64,000 bases of DNA from Candidatus Methanomethylicia archaeon. GTDB taxonomy: Archaea > Thermoproteota > Methanomethylicia > CALHIW01. The notes below the pieces were generated by a model, which saw only the letters and a list, made by a program, of their open reading frames with translations, ran no database searches and was not told the origin of the DNA. Of the stretch, positions 18,958 to 29,509 are shown piece by piece; position 1 is the first letter of the stretch, and each line of letters opens with the position of its first letter. Location of the stretch: contig JAWBQF010000006.1 in assembly GCA_038845975.1 (NCBI GenBank), positions 1 through 64,000 of the forward strand. The letters run 5' to 3'. A program made the position numbers and the translations under genes.

Positions 18958-19049
18958 GAATCTTAAATAGGGAGATATTGAAAGAGTAATGTTACCAATG
19001 CTTGTACTAGTAAGTAACAATACGGAATCTCAAATAAGAGAGTTGAGAG
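18958..19049 (+). CRISPR. Degenerate mini CRISPR array: two diverged repeats and one 40-nt spacer
   Basis: GAATCTTAAATAGGGAGATATTGAAAG (18958-18984) and GAATCTCAAATAAGAGAGTTGAGAG (19025-19049); spacing matches the main array. Confidence 0.8.
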
Positions 19050-19252
19050 CTAATACTCGTGGCTGTAGGGACTATGTACATGTATAAGGTTTTTCAATGC
19101 TGAATGAGGTTTCTGTTGGAGGTGAATTGACGTTATTATTGGAGTAATACTGTTCCTAATAGCTATGATGATACGTGCTGTTTTCCATGGTTAGGTTTCT
19201 TCATAGTTGCGGAATAGTTTAAAATCTTTTGTATATTTAGGATTGTGGTTTT

Positions 19253-19381
19253 ATGGTGGATATTTATAGTAGGGATTTTATAGAGTTTCTCTTCAGCAAG
19301 TATATTTCAGGTTTGAGGAGGGTATTTCCATATCCTGTTGAGGCTAAGCTTGAAATGTGGAAGATGTTTAAATGTATGTGA
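19253..19381 (+). pseudogene. Truncated copy of the 1211-2035 gene
   Basis: MVDIYSRDFIEFLFSKYISGLRRVFPYPVEAKLEMWK; 69 bp (19283-19351) identical to 1250-1318. Confidence 0.9.
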
Positions 19382-19385
19382 AGTT

Positions 19386-19524
19386 ATGGCTGAGGAAATT
19401 GATTACAGGGAGTTTATGAATAGTGTTTAGAGGGTATTGTTGATTAAACATGTATTATGAATTAAAGGCGTATGGGGTAGATTTTTACCTGGGAACTAAG
19501 GCTATGAGTGCAGGTACTGTTTAA
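19386..19524 (+). pseudogene. CARF-domain gene relic
   Basis: VDFYLGTKAMSAG resembles the CARF D-x-T-x-G-T-K-x-M-S motif; in-frame stops. Confidence 0.5.
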
Positions 19525-19618
19525 GCTGTAACTGTGGAGTTGGCTACTTTACCATTCTAAGAGCCTACATCAATTCCTCTTGCTTTAATTGAGATTTTCT
19601 TAAGAAATATAACCTAGA

Positions 19619-20902
19619 TCATTCCATAGATAATAACCATTTCCATAGCGGGGTAAATCTTATTTTTCCCTCATTTACTCTGATTTCATCTTCATAATCC
19701 CATGTTATTATAAGTAGGTTTTTACATTTTAATTGCTCGCTAGCTTTAATTAGAGCTTTAATTTCTCTTTTCTCTACCTCATCTCTACTGGAAGCGTAAG
19801 TTACTTGAATTAACTGTTTAATCTTTAATCCTTCTTTTACTACAAAATCTACTTCTCTCTGCTGATAATCTTTCCAGTAGTAAATTTCTAATAGAGGATT
19901 TTCGTTTTGTCTTCTCTTCAATTCCAGGAATGTAGTGTTCTCCATTAATCTCCCTTTTTCCTCCCTAGCTAGGAGGGAAGCTAAACCACTATCACATAAG
20001 TAAACCTTCTTTAAAGATAGGAATTCTCTTCTTAGGGATGGTTCAAATTTAGATAGGTAGAAGCAGAAGAATGCATCCTCGAAAAGTTGTGAGTATGAGT
20101 AGAGAGTTTTCCTACTTACCTTTACCCCTTTTTCCTTAAGAATCTCGTAATTTCTGTTAATGGAGAATTCTTTACTGAAGGATGAAAGTATAGATGTCAT
20201 CAAATACCTTATTACAAAGATATTTCTTACTCCAAATCTTTCCACTATATCTCTAAAAGCAACTAAATCCATATATTCTTTAAAGAACTTTTTAGGGTCA
20301 ACCTCGTTTAAAACTATATCTGGGAATCCTCCTTTCAATAGGTGTAGAGATAATAAGTTTTTAAGCTTACTCTCCTCTGAAGTTGTTAAAAACTTATCTA
20401 TTTTTAAACCCCTTAATCTAACAACTTCACTAAATGAAAGGGGAAGAATTAAGAAGGAAATACATCTTCCTCTTAGCTGAGTAGCAATCTCCTTTGATAA
20501 AAGCTTTGAGGAAGAGCCTGTAATAAAGATATTGTATTTCTTTTTCTCAAACAATGTATAAACTATTTTTTCCCAATTGTTGAATGCTTGAACTTCATCG
20601 AAAAATAAGAAGTTAGGCTCATTCCCGTAAATTTCTTGATGATAAAAAACTGAATTAAGAATTTCCTCCCTACTTAAACTTGTTATTCCCTCATCCTCGA
20701 AATTTATAAATAGGAAATCCCTATCTTGTAGCCCCTTCTTATTTTTTATCAAGTCATATATGGAATATGTTTTTCCAGCTCTCCTCGGACCTATAACGGA
20801 AACTATAAAGTTCCTGTTTATTTGGAAGTTTACTGCCCTCTCTTTTACGGTTAACAATCCTATATCGCTTTTTTTATCAATCAAGTATCTTTTTAAATCC
20901 AT
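19619..20902 (-). CDS. AAA+ ATPase (AAA_14 + DUF4143-type C-terminus)
   Basis: GPRRAGKT, DEVQ, TGSSS, GGFP, KKVYLCDSG, EN..F.EL, EVDFV..QV. Confidence 0.92.
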   Translation of the reverse strand: MDLKRYLIDKKSDIGLLTVKERAVNFQINRNFIVSVIGPRRAGKTYSIYDLIKNKKGLQDRDFLFINFEDEGITSLSREEILNSVFYHQEIYGNEPNFLFFDEVQAFNNWEKIVYTLFEKKKYNIFITGSSSKLLSKEIATQLRGRCISFLILPLSFSEVVRLRGLKIDKFLTTSEESKLKNLLSLHLLKGGFPDIVLNEVDPKKFFKEYMDLVAFRDIVERFGVRNIFVIRYLMTSILSSFSKEFSINRNYEILKEKGVKVSRKTLYSYSQLFEDAFFCFYLSKFEPSLRREFLSLKKVYLCDSGLASLLAREEKGRLMENTTFLELKRRQNENPLLEIYYWKDYQQREVDFVVKEGLKIKQLIQVTYASSRDEVEKREIKALIKASEQLKCKNLLIITWDYEDEIRVNEGKIRFTPLWKWLLSME

Positions 20903-21429
20903 GATAATATATGGAGAAACATTCTATTTAAAGTTTACCCTTATATGAGTAAACTCTTAAGAGAAAAATTCCCAGAAACTCTTTCACCATTCCACCATAT
21001 TTAACAGTTTTAAGAGTTCTCAAGCACTACTTCCTTAGATAAGCTAAAGAATCTGAAGGAAGACAGTAAACAAATAAGGGAGATACTCCCAAATTACACT
21101 CTTATCCACTGGTTTCAGCGTAGAGTTTTATATTCTCTGTTATGCAGGAAAGATTGTGGTTGCTGGAAGAATTTTTCATAGTTGAAATTGTTCAGTCCCC
21201 AGCAGTTTCTAAGCTAAACAACATTTAGTAGTTACCTATTTTATGAAGCTAAGTTCCACATGAAATGTTTAAACACCCATAAAAGTCGAGATGAGAAATT
21301 ATTCTACTGTCTGAGTTCCGATAACAGTTATTTACCTGAGTGATGCTTTTCAATGAGCCTAGATGATATAATGGCCTGCAACATACAATATATATTACTT
21401 GAAAATTTTGAAGTAAATGAAATTGATGT

Positions 21430-21795
21430 TTAACATGTGAGGTGGAAAGCGCCGGAAACACGTTTACCAGACTTTAAAAGCTTGTTAAATGTCTTATATG
21501 CTTCTCTTGTCGGTTGGATAACTAGCTTAACTCCATGTGCTTTTAAGGTGTTTTCAACTTCCGGCATAACTTCAACGAAGCCATAGTAGCCTGTTCCAAT
21601 CACAAGCACTTCAGGAAGAGGTTTACAGTTAAAGACTTCTTTTAAATCCTCAACATAGATTTTATGCCCCTCCCTCCTCCACCATCCATCAATAACTTTT
21701 TCAGGGAAAACTATAACATCACTTGTATATTTCCTCCCCCCTACAACCATTACGCCAAAATCATAAGAATCTATCATATCCTTCACCAAATCCAT
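21430..21795 (-). CDS. Mth938-like (DUF498) protein
   Basis: IDSYDFG, WWRREGH, VIGTG, GAFHLTC. Confidence 0.9.
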   Translation of the reverse strand: MDLVKDMIDSYDFGVMVVGGRKYTSDVIVFPEKVIDGWWRREGHKIYVEDLKEVFNCKPLPEVLVIGTGYYGFVEVMPEVENTLKAHGVKLVIQPTREAYKTFNKLLKSGKRVSGAFHLTC

Positions 21796-22062
21796 TTAGG
21801 AATTCGAAGAATTTAAACGCTTAGCCTCTGCTAAACATGAATCCCAGTAATAATTTTACAATTCCAGTAGGTAAATATGAAACCTAATATTAGTGATCTT
21901 TTACGTCCTTAGCAAGATTTCATGGTTGAAATTATGATTCTAATTTATGATATACACATATAACTCGTTAGAAAGCAATTTTGAGTAGGATAAACCATAA
22001 TTGTTATAGAATATTCTTCTTAAGCAATATTTATAAGATTCTTTACATATAATTGTTAGGGT

Positions 22063-22533
22063 ATGGTTATAGTAGAGGTTCAAGATGTTTTAGTTTAACT
22101 AAGGAATTCATGTAGGGATTTAGAATTGTAGATTTGGGGATGAGTTTTTGGGTTTGGTATTGTTGGTAGTTGGCCTCGTGGTGAGGCTGATGTGGATATT
22201 GATGTTGACGTCTTTATCATGTTTAATACTTTGAAAGGAATTGATGTAAGGACGGAAGCATACTCTATTATTGCGAATCATGTTGGGAGGGCTTTAACTA
22301 TTGTTGATGCTAGGCTAAATGAACTTCATGGAGAACTAACACCACTAGCAATAAACATAGCATCCGACGAAATTATAGTTTACGGTAAGCTAGGTGAAGT
22401 GGAGAGATTCATTGATCATGTTAGGAAGGTTATTGATGAATTGAAGCTCATAAGATATAGGACTCCGAGGAAAGTATGGATGGAGGAGAATTGATGGGAA
22501 GCCATTAGCTCTAGCAGTTCAAGAGGGTAAGTA
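22063..22533 (+). pseudogene. Minimal nucleotidyltransferase (MNT) pseudogene
   Basis: GSWPRGEADVDIDVDV motif upstream of/in ORF 22192-22494; frameshifts and stops. Confidence 0.65.
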
Positions 22534-22534
22534 A

Positions 22535-22960
22535 TGATTAATCCCGGAACATGGTAGAAGCACATATGGAGAGCCTGTAAGAGTATTAACATATTGTAGT
22601 AAGCCTCCTCCATTAAGATGTGATGTTGAGTTGGATAGAAATATTAGAGATCTATTTTAACTGTTAAGGTATAAAATTAATAATGTAACTGGAGATGTAG
22701 TACATGTAGGAGTAGCATTATATATTGATAGATAATAATTATTTAGCAGTAGACCTCTTATTATATGCAAGTGATATTAGGATACTAATTACTGGTATAA
22801 TAGTAGTATTGATCCTGATCATCATGCACAGTATGTTCTAGTAAAATCTAGTGTTGGTAGATGGTATAATGAAAGTCTGGATGTAAGTAGATATGTAGTT
22901 GAAGTATCAAACCACTTCGGATATGATGAGGATAGATTAGCATCTCTACAATTATATATT
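22535..22960 (+). pseudogene. Decayed paralogue of the secreted protein 17956-18696
   Basis: GDVVHVGVALY / NNYLAVDLLLYASD / NYWYNSSIDPDHHAQYV versus GNIVHVGIALY / NNYLAVDLFLYASD / NYWYNPSIDPDYHAQYV. Confidence 0.85.
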
Positions 22961-23462
22961 GATGCTAATATAGTTGTTAAATGGTTCGTGATTGAATAAG
23001 GCTCTTGAAATCAGAGATAAATATGTTGATGGAGAGATAAAGCTTATAGCTCCAGAACTCTTGATCTTTGAGGTTTTAAATGCCTTATATTAGAACTCAT
23101 TGCAAAACTCCAAATTTAAGCATGTCAACAATCTTTTACAATACTATTCTAACATGTAGAGTTAAACCGTTAAACCTTAGTAGTAGAGTTTTGCAATGAC
23201 TTCTTACAAAAAGATTTTCTCGCTTGAAGAGATGAAATGTATTGCAGAGTCCTTGGATGCGTTCTCCTTTGAGCTGCATCCTCTTAAAGGCAAGTATGCG
23301 AAGAAGACCATGGAGATAGGTTATGAGAACGACATAACAGTATATGATGCCTCCTATGCATCGTTGGCATTTCTCAAGAATATCCAGATGTATACAGCGG
23401 ATGTAAAACTTGGAGAGAAGCTGAAGGATAGATATTTCCCATACATTAAAATATTAAAATAG
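22955..23462 (+). pseudogene. vapC: VapC/PIN toxin gene interrupted by a MITE
   Basis: IDANIVVKWF..APELLIFEVLNAL | YKKIFS..TVYDASY..YTAD PIN motifs; also an in-frame stop near 22996. Confidence 0.85.
23093..23203. mobile_element. 111-bp MITE with 18-bp TIRs and 3-bp TTA target duplication (IS5/IS1031-like ends)
   Basis: GAACTCATTGCAAAACTC ... GAGTTTTGCAATGACTTC (17/18); TTA on both sides; removal restores the vapC frame. Confidence 0.9.
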
Positions 23463-23620
23463 TTTGCATTTAGGGGGTTTAGCTAAACCTATGCATGAGA
23501 ATCAGGCTTTGCTGTTATAGACAAAGAATTCTATACAGGCTCAGAGTAGTGTTGACTCTTATACTGCTAATCTCAAGTAAAGAAAATTGAAGATTATTGA
23601 GTCCAGACGTATATCCTTAT

Positions 23621-24205
23621 CTATATGTTTACCCATAGGTTTTCTGTTAAGCCTCTTATTGTGAGTTGGCTTTTTGATAGTTTTTCAATTATTGGCTGAA
23701 CTGCCTCCCACTCTTCAGGTGTTATTGGTAGTTCCCCAACTTTATCCCTAATATCTCTAAGTATTTGTATTGTTTTCTCATGTCCTTCAGGAGATTTCGG
23801 TATAGCTATCCAAATATATGTGTTTACCGTCTTGAAGAATCTACTTACTGCTGTAAAGATCTCAATAAGCATACTGAAGCCCAAATCATACGCACCTAAG
23901 AAGATTACTGTTTCACCCTTAACTGAACGAAGTATTGCTGTAGGTGTTAACATTGATAGCGTAATCTCCCTGAGGAGCTGGCTATAGCTTATCGTTATAC
24001 TGCTTGTCCTGGAAAACTCTTCAAGAGATCTCTTAGCCTCATCCCTATCCATCTCAATCGGCTGGAATCCTATACTTCGAAGAATCTGGAGTAAGGGCTT
24101 CCTAACAATAAGTCCTAGATTAAAGGTTTTTCTCGCCCTATCATAGAATCTCCTCCCAACATAAAACATTAAAGGCTCAAAACTACTACTCAACAATAAC
24201 ACCAA
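23621..24205 (-). CDS. Hypothetical protein
   Basis: 194-aa ORF with normal composition; no recognised motif. Confidence 0.75.
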   Translation of the reverse strand: MVLLLSSSFEPLMFYVGRRFYDRARKTFNLGLIVRKPLLQILRSIGFQPIEMDRDEAKRSLEEFSRTSSITISYSQLLREITLSMLTPTAILRSVKGETVIFLGAYDLGFSMLIEIFTAVSRFFKTVNTYIWIAIPKSPEGHEKTIQILRDIRDKVGELPITPEEWEAVQPIIEKLSKSQLTIRGLTENLWVNI

Positions 24206-24249
24206 GAAGATAAGTGAAACACTGAGGTAAAAGTTTTTACAAACATCAC

Positions 24250-24309
24250 GGCTTTGTGAACTTTAGATATGAAAAGTACATGTAATTGATAGCTTAAATT
24301 CACAATGCG
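24250..24309. mobile_element. ~60-bp IS6-derived mini-MITE
   Basis: GGCTTTGTGAACTT...AAATTCACAATGC termini; interior similar to copies at 48978 and 49988. Confidence 0.75.
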
Positions 24310-24654
24310 AATACTTCATAAGTTATCTTTAACAGCTATAATCTTATCAATTCATCTAACACCCCAAGCTCAGCAACTCTCCTAACCACTCCTCCATACT
24401 ACACATACTTATCATCCAAAGAGATTAACTATATTATGGTTTTCAAGCTGCTTACAAACCGCAATCTTAGTTCAATGCATTCTACCAATACAATCTGCCA
24501 ACTTCATTTAAACTATAGCTAACCCGGTAAACATCACATATTATAACTTGGAAGACTCTAACTAATTAATAAATATTAACCATAACTTAAGCATCCAACA
24601 TAATAAGTAAACTTCATTACGAGCTATTACATTCATCTATTTCAATATTGTTAA

Positions 24655-25065
24655 TTAAGATATACTTAAAGCAATTCTCCATAGCTGAAACATCATCAAC
24701 ATTATACCGACAAGTATCGGTACATTAAAAGCTATAAACAGCTTAATAAATAATGAAAGTTGCCCCTCAAGCCTAGCAACTCTCTGCTCAAGACCTGAAA
24801 CCCTCCCTTCAATTCTCTCCATATTCATCCTTGTTGTCTCTCTTAATGCTTCTATGTCTTCCTTTGTTGCTTTTCTTAATGCTTCTATGTCTTCCTTTGT
24901 TGCTATTTCTCTTGATATTGCTATTAGTATTGCTTTACGTAGATCTCTACGTTTAAAAACTTCAGGTATAAGCTCATCTGAAAGTGCTTTACGTAAATCT
25001 TCATCCCTTCTCAATTCCTCAAGAAGCTGTCTACCAACAGACATATAAAACATATTACCATACAA
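24655..25065 (-). CDS. Coiled-coil protein with 11-aa ATKEDIEALRx repeats and C-terminal TM (DUF1640/Bdr-like)
   Basis: 33-bp tandem repeat around 24841-24905; hydrophobic C-terminus; likely start at MSVG (25044). Confidence 0.8.
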   Translation of the reverse strand: MYGNMFYMSVGRQLLEELRRDEDLRKALSDELIPEVFKRRDLRKAILIAISREIATKEDIEALRKATKEDIEALRETTRMNMERIEGRVSGLEQRVARLEGQLSLFIKLFIAFNVPILVGIMLMMFQLWRIALSIS

Positions 25066-25253
25066 GTATATAAGCTTAGCTTAACTACAGATTTAAATAA
25101 CTTTAAGATCAAATCTTAACTGTAATGCTCTCTTCATAGAGTAAATTATTCCATTAGTGTTAACTCTTAATAACCCTATTTAGAACCTAATATATTAGTA
25201 ATGTTTAAAAGTAATATTTTCAAGAATGCTTCAAGATTATAGTAGAATTTAAG

Positions 25254-26330
25254 CTATAGTATTCTTGCAGCCTCCTCCATTAACGGATCTAGAAATCTAT
25301 TCTGCTCATCTATTATTGAGTGTTTTCTAAGTGTATGTAGGATGTCGTAGAGAACTCTATCACTTTGAATTTTCCCCTCTAGATTTTCCAGTTTTGTCTT
25401 AAGCATACTCCAATTCCTTACTCCCTGTGAAAGTAGTTTCAGAACTGCTTTATACCTCCTCCTACTTACTCTATAGTTTAGGAAGTTTTCCAATTCATGC
25501 TTTGCTAGTTGAACAGCTTCCCTCCAGATTTCTTCAAGATTCCTGCTATGCATTATCCTTAAGTATCCATAGTAGGTAAGCCATCCTATAATACCATCCA
25601 GTCTACTAACTACCTCCTCAATCTCACTTTCACTAACTCTACATCCTGCCTCCTCAAATCCTCTCAGTAGGAAATCTACTACCTCCTCTCTTGTTAACCT
25701 TCTAGTTTTAACCTCTAAGTAAGCTCTACCGTAAAGGGGGGCTTCAGGATCTTTAAAGAAGCGGTATAGAACCCCCATTTCAGAGCCAGACACTATGAAG
25801 GAGAGATTCCTTAAATGATCGTATGAGTAGGCAATAACATTCTGTAGCATGATGGAAGCATGTCCAAAAGCCTTCTGAAACTCATCGAAAACTATAATAA
25901 TCTTCATATCTTCCTCCTCACCAACCTCATTTAAAGCTGTAAAGACCTCACTTAGTAGTGGTCTACTATCCCCCCAGGAAAGCTCAATTGTAACTCCTGA
26001 TATTGATACTCCCCTAACAAGCTTAAGAAATTTAACTACTCTCTCATAAAGTCTTCTTTGCCTTGAAGTTCTAGAGAGGAAATTTGTAAGTTCATGGGAG
26101 ATGAGACTATATAGTTCCCTCCTAGACTTCATCACAGTTCTTAAATCAAAGAACACATATGGAGTACTAGATTCTTCAAGAGCGGTTAGGATAAGAGAAG
26201 TCTTACCAGTTCTCCTCAACCCAGTAACAACTACAAGAGGCTGCCCAATATATCTTCTAAGCATATTAAGCTCCTCCTCGAAGTCGTATAGGTCCTTCCT
26301 GTTTTTCTTCGGTTCTGGATTAAACAACAA
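25254..26330 (-). CDS. Archaeal P-loop ATPase (COG1672-like) with C-terminal wHTH
   Basis: LFNPEPK..LYDFEEE, GLRRTGKTS, DEFQ, SGSEMG, PLYGR, GIIGWL. Confidence 0.92.
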   Translation of the reverse strand: MLFNPEPKKNRKDLYDFEEELNMLRRYIGQPLVVVTGLRRTGKTSLILTALEESSTPYVFFDLRTVMKSRRELYSLISHELTNFLSRTSRQRRLYERVVKFLKLVRGVSISGVTIELSWGDSRPLLSEVFTALNEVGEEEDMKIIIVFDEFQKAFGHASIMLQNVIAYSYDHLRNLSFIVSGSEMGVLYRFFKDPEAPLYGRAYLEVKTRRLTREEVVDFLLRGFEEAGCRVSESEIEEVVSRLDGIIGWLTYYGYLRIMHSRNLEEIWREAVQLAKHELENFLNYRVSRRRYKAVLKLLSQGVRNWSMLKTKLENLEGKIQSDRVLYDILHTLRKHSIIDEQNRFLDPLMEEAARIL

Positions 26331-26397
26331 CTTTCACACCGAAATTAACTTTCACACTGAAAGTTATAAATTTTGCTATTCCCCATCCCTTAAAGCT

Positions 26398-27092
26398 TCA
26401 TAAATCATGTTGGAGGCAACAGCTGCTAAAACTACTGACATTAGCCTACCACCTAATAATACCCGTTCCTACCTATTATGGTAACAATATCGTTTGAATA
26501 TCTTAAAACCATGTATACCATTAATGCTGCTATTAATCCCCTATAAGAACGTCAATTAGGCTTTGAGTATTTGTTAATACTATTAGCGTAGTCATTGTTC
26601 CAGGACCTACAAGAAGCGGGGTTGCTAGGGGAACTATTGCTATCTGATCGGTATCTACGGTTTTCGTTCTTACAGTTCCCCTAACATATCTATTGCTAAA
26701 ACCATTAATAACACTCCACCTGCAAGCTTAAAGCTCTCAATAGTTATTCCTAATAGGCTAAGTATTAACTGTCCAAGCAATGTGAAGGAGAATATTAATG
26801 CTACAACTACAGTTACGATTGTGTTTACTAGTTTCCTCCATTCAGCTATTGGCAGCTCACCAGTATATGTTAAGAATAATGGTAATGCACTTAGAGGATT
26901 TATTATTGCGAAAAGCTGAAGTGAAATGTTAGCTGCCTGTAAAGGGTTAAAATATATAATCTCATATATTCCCTTAGCTGTCACCCTAGTATAGGCTAAA
27001 ACCAAAATAGCTAAAATAACTGTAGCTATTGAGAGTTTAAAGATTCTTTTATGCTTACCACTAACCAATTGATCTAAAATGTTTCTATACAT
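26398..27092 (-). pseudogene. marC: MarC-family membrane protein, frameshifted
   Basis: FAIINPL..FKLAGGVLL in ORF; IAIVPLATPLLVGPG continues in another frame below 26670. Confidence 0.8.
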
Positions 27093-27205
27093 CCTCTTCT
27101 CATGTATATTTTAAACATATAACTAAACTAATATATAGTTTGTTTCCTAGATTGATACGGATAGATAACTACACATACCACTATGAAGCTATAACATTTT
27201 AATAA

Positions 27206-28119
27206 CGCTCTTGCTTCCCTAGTGAATGATAAGTTATTTACTTCCGATGTTTATATATGGTTGGGGGTATATGTTTATCCTTAACCATTAGGGATGAGGT
27301 TGTTGAGCTTATCCGTAGGCGTAGGTGGTCTAAGGGCGTGAGGTGTCTTACTGTGGTTGCCGTTAGGAATGGTAGGTCGGCTAGGAGGCTTTACGCTTAA
27401 CGATACCTATGTAAGGGCTGTAGGAGGCAGTCCACGACCTTAGCGGAACAGTATTCACTAGGCTTAGTCCTAGCGAAGCATTAACCATAGCATCTACTAA
27501 AGCTTGGCTTAAGCGTGTTAGCAGTATCTAGGTTTGTAGGAGTAGGAGGGCTGTGGATAGGGTTATAAGGCTCTTCGAGAAGGTTTTGAAGCCTACTTTC
27601 AACAGCTTAAGGCTGAAGGTGAGGTTGATGATGTATATGAGGCTGTTGGGCGTAAGGGTCTTAGAGACGTGGTTAAGCCTAAGCGTAGAGGTTGTGGAGG
27701 GCTTAGGGTAGGTCCAAGAGGATAAGCTCCCATTCCTTACTGTTAGGAAGAGCCAAGAAGGTCTTGTTCAAGGTCCTTGAAGACGTAAGCTCCCATCCAT
27801 AGAGTCCCTGTTAGCATTGAGCGTGAGGAACCCATAGTCTACATGGACGATTTCAGAAGCTATAACTCTCTCGATAAGCTCAGCTATGAACACCTTAAAG
27901 TAAACATTCAAAAGGCTTCTACGCCTTAAGCCCATTACACGTTAATGAATGTGAGAGCTACAACTACCTAAGAACCTTCAAGACTAAGCGAGGAATACCC
28001 GGAGAAAAGCCTCCATCCACGCCAACGGAGCCTCAGCTTACACTAGAACATACATGGAAAACCTAGATCAGCATACAACTGGTTAATAACGATAACCATT
28101 CACTAAGGAGACAAGAGCG
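27206..28119 (+). mobile_element. Decayed IS1595-family (ISH4-group-like) insertion sequence
   Basis: 23-bp TIRs CGCTCTTGCTTCCCTAGTGAATG / CGCTCTTGTCTCCTTAGTGAATG; broken transposase RRRRWSKGVRC..CKGC..EVDDVY..DDFRSY..HVNECE. Confidence 0.85.
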
Positions 28120-28617
28120 TATTGCATTATTCTCTCCATTAATTCTAACCTCTAACTATATAATGTTTTAATTAATATTCTGCATGATGCTTATAGTATT
28201 GAGCTCCATCACTCAATACAACTATATTAGAACCATAGACAGCTCTAATCTTCTAAGGAATATAGGATGTAAGCATATTTGCAACATCACAAACCCATAT
28301 GTAGAGAATCCTCCTCAATAATGGCTCAAACACAACATAAATAACCTCCTCTTAAAACCTACTTATAATAGTATCATCAACCATAATCCTAGCATCCCTC
28401 CCATCAATAGAAGCTTAAGATAAACCACGATAATATAGAATAACTCCTAACAACAATAAACTAAATATCCGAAGCCATTCTAGAAGAACGAAAATATATA
28501 AGTAATAAACAACTAGAGTAAATGGAGTTCTCTCCCTAATAAACCTAACAACTTTAACCATAGATTCACCGTAAACAAGGAAGAGAACTCCCAAATAAAT
28601 CTAAAGTTAACAAAGCC
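28120..28617 (-). mobile_element. Truncated IS6-family element (degenerate transposase)
   Basis: Left TIR GGCTTTGTTAACTTTAG at 28617; minus-strand fragments FIRERTP, VDDTII, LRRILYIWVCDVAN, SDGAQYY, MERIMQ. Confidence 0.8.
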
Positions 28618-29509
28618 TAGTGAATATGAGAAAAATATTAAAGACTTAATTAAACTTCCTGAAAAGGAAAGAGAGATGAGGATGCATCCACCAAGAGATA
28701 AGAGAAGACTTATCAGATTTCCAGTTTTCGCTATACCATGGGAGATAGATGAAGTAATAGAGGCGCTTGAAAAGGGGCGCTCAGAAAACCCTAAACTTAA
28801 TAGTATCATTAATAGGATGGATTCAGGAACACGTAGACTACTGGTTAGAATTTTAAGAAATGCTAGGGAAATCAGGTAAAAACTAGTAAACCTAATATAA
28901 GCATAGTATACATCCATAATTATTTCTAGACTATTTAAGTTCTGTAGTCATTATTTCTGCATAGACCATCAACTTCCTTAATTTTTGAACTTAACACCAT
29001 ACCGATACATGACTTGTATTAACAATCCGGTAAACATAAGCGATATCTCTTTAGCTAAGCTCAGCCATGTAGAGAATGCATGTCTTCAACTTCTTTTAAG
29101 CGAAACCTTATTACGCCTGAATATCCCTTTACCTTTAAGGGCTTTGAGAAGCTATCTACAAAATCACTTCAAGTGATGGATTCCAAAGCCTCTCAAAAAT
29201 CTAAAAGTAACAGTATCACGGATCATTCTCTACAAAAGTTCTAGTTTTACAGAAAATAATGCTTGATACAGTTTCTATTTAGAGTATCCTGCTCAATAGA
29301 TTTAAATTTTAACATTTTCCAAATTCTAAAAACCGGAATTTCCTCCCTCTACCAAATTTATCACGTACATATTGCAACAGTAAAAGCGGGATGAATATGT
29401 TAAACAAAAGATATTCTGTACTTATTCAGATCCTCAGGAAGCGAAATTCTATTTAAGCTGAGAAAATAGGTTTAAATGCTGCGGAATAGTTATTATTTAA
29501 GGGAAATCT

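Noticed and set aside
19569-19597. Minus-strand AATCTCAATTAAAGCAAGAGGAATTGATG resembling the CRISPR repeat
   Set aside because: Needs an insertion and several mismatches, has no partner repeat at spacer distance, and is plausible by chance in AT-rich DNA
28513-28917. 134-aa minus-strand ORF
   Set aside because: Spans the IS6 end and the antisense of a gene remnant; not a credible gene
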